Shown here piece by piece: positions 34,450 to 37,819 of a stretch of DNA of 37,819 nt. The position numbers and the translations under genes are program-made. Below the pieces are notes generated by a model that was given only the letters and a program-made list of their open reading frames with translations, searched no databases and was not told the DNA's origin. Within the stretch, counting starts at the first letter, position 1. Every line of letters begins with the position of its first letter. This DNA comes from Candidatus Omnitrophota bacterium (GTDB taxonomy: Bacteria > Omnitrophota > Gorgyraeia > Zapsychrales > JANLHA01): positions 1 through 37,819 of the forward strand of contig JAGLHE010000119.1 of the NCBI GenBank assembly GCA_023143685.1, written 5' to 3'.

Positions 34450-34477
34450 AGATACTAGATACCAGATACCAAATACC
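34450..34477. repeat. Four tandem heptamers AGATACT AGATACC AGATACC AAATACC just after the purC stop
   Basis: Read directly. It ends 3 nt before the purC stop codon (34481-34483). Confidence 0.9.
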
Positions 34478-34480
34478 TTT

Positions 34481-35185
34481 TTATTTGCTGACCCTGTTTA
34501 GAACTTCTTGATAGGCCTCCTCGATATTTCCTAAATCTTTACGGAAACGGTCCTTATCAAGTTTACGCCCTGTTCCACTTTCCCACAATCGGCAGGTATC
34601 CGGCGAAATTTCATCCGCTAAAATGATTTGTCCTTCGAATCGGCCGAATTCTAATTTAAAATCAATAAGATCAATATTCAGTGAATTAAAAAACCTGGTC
34701 ATTAATTCATTAATCTTAAACGTATATTTCTTAATCGTCTCGACTTCTTCATCCGTTGCTAAACCCAACGCGCGAATATGGTATTCATTAATCAATGGAT
34801 CATTAAGTTTATCTTCTTTATAACAAAACTCGAGAATCGAGCAAGACAGCTCTTTGCCCTCTTCGATACCCAAGCTACGACATAAAGACCCGGCCGCGAC
34901 ATTACGGATAATCACTTCCACAGGGACAATATCAACTTTTTTAACAAGCATTTCGCGATCACTTAATGTCTTCTCATAATGTGTCGGAATCCCTTCCTCC
35001 TTAAGAAATTCAAAAATCTTTGTCGAGATCTGATTATTCATGACCCCTTTTTGGGCAATAGTGCCTCTCTTGGCCGCGTTAAAAGCCGTCGCGTCATCTT
35101 TAAAATACTGAATAATAAGATTTGGATCATCTGTTGTATAAAGAATTTTGGCCTTCCCCTCATAAATCTTATCTCTTTTTTCCAT
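34481..35185 (-). CDS. purC: SAICAR synthetase
   Basis: IYEGKAKILY, DDATAFN, EVIIRNVAAGSL, LADEISPDTCRLW. ATG at 35185 (the track start at 35194 is GTG). Confidence 0.95.
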   Translation of the reverse strand: MEKRDKIYEGKAKILYTTDDPNLIIQYFKDDATAFNAAKRGTIAQKGVMNNQISTKIFEFLKEEGIPTHYEKTLSDREMLVKKVDIVPVEVIIRNVAAGSLCRSLGIEEGKELSCSILEFCYKEDKLNDPLINEYHIRALGLATDEEVETIKKYTFKINELMTRFFNSLNIDLIDFKLEFGRFEGQIILADEISPDTCRLWESGTGRKLDKDRFRKDLGNIEEAYQEVLNRVSK

Positions 35186-35221
35186 AACTTTCACCCTTTT
35201 GTGTAATGAATTATTAAAGCC

Positions 35222-36517
35222 TTACTTGATCCCAACACGCTTAAAAATCATTTCACGGTGACGGGTATAATATTTAATATCAAAACATCCGTCGATCTCC
35301 GCTGGCTTCAGATACTTTCTCACCTTACGGTCCCGATAAAGGACATCTTTAAACTGAGACGTATCTTTCCACACCTGCATGGCACATCGTTGAATAATGT
35401 CATACGCTTGTTCACGCGTTAAACCTTTCCGCATAAGTTCAAGAAGGACACGCTGAGAATAAATCAATCCCTTAGTCTTGCTTAAACTTGCGATCATATT
35501 CTTTGGATAAACAAGCAACCCGTCAATAACCGGGGTGAGCTTATGCAACATATAATGCAGAATAATCGTGCTGTCCGGGATAATAACCCTTTCAACAGAC
35601 GAATGACTGATATCGCGCTCATGCCACAGGTTAATATTTTCAAAAGCGGCTTGAGCATTTGCGCGCAAAAGACGTGACAACCCGGAGACCCTCTCACAAA
35701 TTACAGGGTTACGTTTATGCGGCATAGCAGACGAGCCGATCTGTCCTTTAAAAAACGGCTCCTCAACTTCCAGGACCTCTGTTTTTTGCAACAATCGAAT
35801 CTCTGTCGCGAATTTATTCAAAGAAGACCCAACCAACGCCAAGGTCGTAACAAACTGGCAGTGGACATCGCGCTGAATAATCTGTGTCGCGATATTTGCC
35901 GGCTTAAGATCCAGTTTTTCGCAAACATGCTCTTCAACGGACGGATCAATATTCGCATATGTCCCGACAGCGCCTGAAAGTTTTCCAATCCGCATCATTT
36001 CACGCGCTTGTTCCATTCTTTCTAAATTCCGCTTAGTCTCGTCATACCATACTGCAATCTTCAAGCCAAACGTTATGGGTTCAGCATGAACTCCGTGCGT
36101 CCGCGCGATACAGTTCGTATCTTTATATTTTTTCGCACAAGCCTTGAGAACTGTTAAAAACTTTTTCAAATCCGCAATCAAGATATCACTCGCTTCAACA
36201 CACTGCAAAGAAAGCGTTGTATCTAATAAATCTGAAGATGTTAACCCCATGTGCAAATATCGAGCTTCCGGGCCGATGCTCTGGCCAACATTATTAATAA
36301 ACGCGACGATATCATGCTTTGTTCGCTCCTCGAGCCTCCGGATTTCTTCAATGTCAAATTTAGCATTCTTCTTAATACTCTCAAGCGATTTCTTGGGAAT
36401 CATTCCCAGCTTGCTCATCGCCTCGCAAGCCAATATTTCTATTTTTAACATAATAGAAAATTTGTTCTCCTCACTCCAAATATTTCCCATTTTCGATAAG
36501 GTGTAGCGGTCTATCAT
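35222..36517 (-). CDS. purB: Adenylosuccinate lyase
   Basis: RYTLSKMGNIWSEE, fumarate-lyase signature GSSAMPHKRNP. 431 aa. ATG preceded by GGAAGGAG. Confidence 0.96.
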   Translation of the reverse strand: MIDRYTLSKMGNIWSEENKFSIMLKIEILACEAMSKLGMIPKKSLESIKKNAKFDIEEIRRLEERTKHDIVAFINNVGQSIGPEARYLHMGLTSSDLLDTTLSLQCVEASDILIADLKKFLTVLKACAKKYKDTNCIARTHGVHAEPITFGLKIAVWYDETKRNLERMEQAREMMRIGKLSGAVGTYANIDPSVEEHVCEKLDLKPANIATQIIQRDVHCQFVTTLALVGSSLNKFATEIRLLQKTEVLEVEEPFFKGQIGSSAMPHKRNPVICERVSGLSRLLRANAQAAFENINLWHERDISHSSVERVIIPDSTIILHYMLHKLTPVIDGLLVYPKNMIASLSKTKGLIYSQRVLLELMRKGLTREQAYDIIQRCAMQVWKDTSQFKDVLYRDRKVRKYLKPAEIDGCFDIKYYTRHREMIFKRVGIK

Positions 36518-36672
36518 TTTCGACTCCTTCCTCTAATTTAAAGGTCCTTAAGAACTTTGACTTCAATTAACCCTGGCATATTTTTCAGGAACAAAACTTC
36601 CTGGCATTCTTATAATAAGAAAAATTATGCCCATTTTTTCTTGTGAATTCCAAAACATTTTTCAAATGAGAT

Positions 36673-36701
36673 ACTATAACAAATTATATTTTTAAGGTCA
36701 A
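36673..36701 (-). promoter_or_regulatory. Sigma-70-type promoter with extended -10 (TTGACC-17-TGTTATAGT) for the purine operon
   Basis: Minus strand reads TTGACC (36701-36696), a 17-nt spacer, TGT, TATAGT (36678-36673). This predicts a leader of about 150 nt before the purB ATG. Confidence 0.6.
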
Positions 36702-36853
36702 ACAAAAATTACAGCTAACGCTTATTGTTTTTCTTCCAAAAATTACATAAGTAATTGAGAATAATATATTTGCGGCATTTTTTGGATCCTTATTTTTTTA
36801 TACAAGCACACGTAAAAATGCGTTAAAAATAAGCATAAAATTATCAAAAAACC

Positions 36854-36891
36854 AAAAAAAGCCCCTAAAAATATCTTTAGAGGCCTTTTTT
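36854..36891 (-). terminator. Rho-independent terminator after the PilZ gene (symmetric A-run/hairpin/T-run)
   Basis: GCCCCTAAA (36861-36869) pairs with TTTAGAGGC (36876-36884), including one G.U on the minus-strand RNA. It is flanked by A7 and T6 runs, 15 nt after the stop at 36906. Confidence 0.7.
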
Positions 36892-36905
36892 AAAAAAATC
36901 ATTAC

Positions 36906-37241
36906 TTAAGCCGTTGCCATCACCAGTTTAAACATTCGCTCCATTCCCATCAAACGCACTTTATGAAACTCTACCCCAATATCCCACATGGTAGGGTCCT
37001 TAGGCCGACTCCAGACCACCCGACCGTTGAGCTCCATAGGAGCAAAACCATCCGGAAGCTTAACCAACACAGAAATGCTGTCGTGAATAAACAATCGTTC
37101 TTTTGATGTTAACTTAATACCTTGCGCGGAGGCATCTCTTAAAAAAACATCCTCACCAAAATCCGTACGTGCATGTTTAAATTTAACAGGAAAACGCGCG
37201 AAAAACCTTTCAAACATCCTTTGATCTTCTACCATATCCAT
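36906..37241 (-). CDS. Single-domain PilZ (c-di-GMP-binding type) protein
   Basis: RMFER (RxxxR) and DASAQG (DxSxxG) motifs. ATG at 37241 is preceded by GGAG (the track start at 37286 is GTG). Confidence 0.75.
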   Translation of the reverse strand: MDMVEDQRMFERFFARFPVKFKHARTDFGEDVFLRDASAQGIKLTSKERLFIHDSISVLVKLPDGFAPMELNGRVVWSRPKDPTMWDIGVEFHKVRLMGMERMFKLVMATA

Positions 37242-37266
37242 AACTACACTCCGTTTTTCTTCACAA

Positions 37267-37641
37267 TTACGACGGGAAATACTCACGCAAACGACTTTTT
37301 GAACTTGTCTCCAATGTCTCTGTAAATTTCAACCCAACCCGATAATTGCCTGTTCCCTCTACTTTCTTAACCCACTTCACCTGGCCTAACACCAAAACCG
37401 GCTCGCCATCAGATGTCAAGTCCAACTCGATCGCAATCTTTCTATTAAGGGAAATCTCCTTTTTGGAAAGAAAACCTATGCCTCCCCGGCCGATATCCAT
37501 GGTCCGCACTTCATCAAATTCTGTTCCTTTTTTTCCATCTACAGAAACAATGCACTCTTGCCGAACATTTTTTCTTTGATTTATTGTCTCTTTCATTTTA
37601 TCCTCTGGAAAATGTAAAAATTTATTTCTATCTAATTTCAT
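37267..37641 (-). CDS. Single-domain PilZ protein (second copy, variant DxGxxG motif)
   Basis: RKNVR (RxxxR) and DIGRGG. ATG at 37641 (after GGAG) or 37596 (after GAGGA). Start uncertain; the track extension to 37731 is rejected. Confidence 0.65.
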   Translation of the reverse strand: MKLDRNKFLHFPEDKMKETINQRKNVRQECIVSVDGKKGTEFDEVRTMDIGRGGIGFLSKKEISLNRKIAIELDLTSDGEPVLVLGQVKWVKKVEGTGNYRVGLKFTETLETSSKSRLREYFPS

Positions 37642-37753
37642 TTTACTCCGAATCTCAAGATAATCAACAAAAATATTAAAAAACCCGGATTTTAACAAGA
37701 ACATAACATGCTGGGAATAAAGATAATACAATTAATACTTATTTAAACGCCTT

Positions 37754-37819
37754 TCAATACTTTCCTTTAAATTCTTCAAGAAAGTTCGCTTTTAAATTTT
37801 GAACGCTCTCATCTTCTTT
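37754..37819 (-). CDS. Possible 3' end of a CDS entering from the right edge (only 21 codons visible)
   Basis: The open frame ...KEDESVQNLKANFLEEFKGKY ends at TGA (37756-37754). It is too short to identify. Confidence 0.25.
   Translation of the reverse strand, partial: KEDESVQNLKANFLEEFKGKY

Noticed and set aside
34381-34477. Possible mini-CRISPR or other spacer-repeat array.
   Set aside because: The units are only 7 nt and directly tandem without spacers, the two arrays have different units, and there are no cas genes in the window.
36572-36607. Two CCTGGCAT motifs resembling the -24 element of sigma-54 promoters.
   Set aside because: No GC doublet at the correct -12 spacing. They are on the plus strand with no plus-strand gene. 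On the mRNA they are better read as part of alternative pairings in the purB leader.
36518-36666. A purine, ZTP or other riboswitch in the ~150-nt purB leader.
   Set aside because: The leader has hairpins (GGCAU...AUGCC, CAGGAA-N6-UUCCUG) and a duplicated AUGCCAGG. I could not match it to the purine, ZTP/pfl, PRPP or guanidine consensus cores by eye, so an Infernal scan would be needed. It is left as unproven rather than reported.

Overview
This 37.8-kb window comes from a low-to-moderate GC bacterial genome whose lineage cannot be assigned from sequence alone. Every convincing gene (about 45) lies on the minus strand in tightly packed, often overlapping operons. The backbone is housekeeping. 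From the right edge leftwards it runs: two PilZ proteins, a purine block (purB-purC-purSSL-LOG-purQ-purM-purD-purE), tsaC::LMW-PTP-rpiB-glyA-nrdR, a DUF151 nuclease, cca, and a Macro-Nudix fusion. A small compositionally patchy accessory islet follows (ParE/Phd, a TM+PH-like protein, an acidic orphan, an ankyrin lipoprotein). Further left are a YkgJ/secreted protein/ECF sigma/anti-sigma/DUF3106-like operon, miaA, a stand-alone SecD P1-head protein, hflX, envelope sugar genes (GT2, gmhB, an MGDG-synthase-like GT28), priA, fmt, two tandem GalT-like paralogs, gap, a DHp-only histidine-kinase fragment plus receiver, a SET-domain methyltransferase, a SpoU methyltransferase, and a partial TPR membrane protein. 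I found no rRNA, tRNA, CRISPR array, transposase or integrase. Four kinds of signal are least explained by ordinary annotation. (1) A family of short tandem or inverted oligomer repeats (7-12 nt units, usually 3-4 units) fills many intercistronic gaps, with shared cores between distant gaps. One 46-nt composite pair sits in inverted orientation exactly bracketing fmt. (2) A 132-nt element with 24-nt terminal inverted repeats lies in the 300-nt gap upstream of the SecD-like gene. (3) Several genes have degenerate or minimal domain architectures: a DHp-only kinase, a GalT paralog with Arg in place of the nucleophilic His, a Macro domain lacking its Gly-rich loop, and a SecD without its membrane domain. 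(4) The orphan gene islet lies next to the toxin-antitoxin pair. All calls come from by-eye motif reading, and no database search was run.
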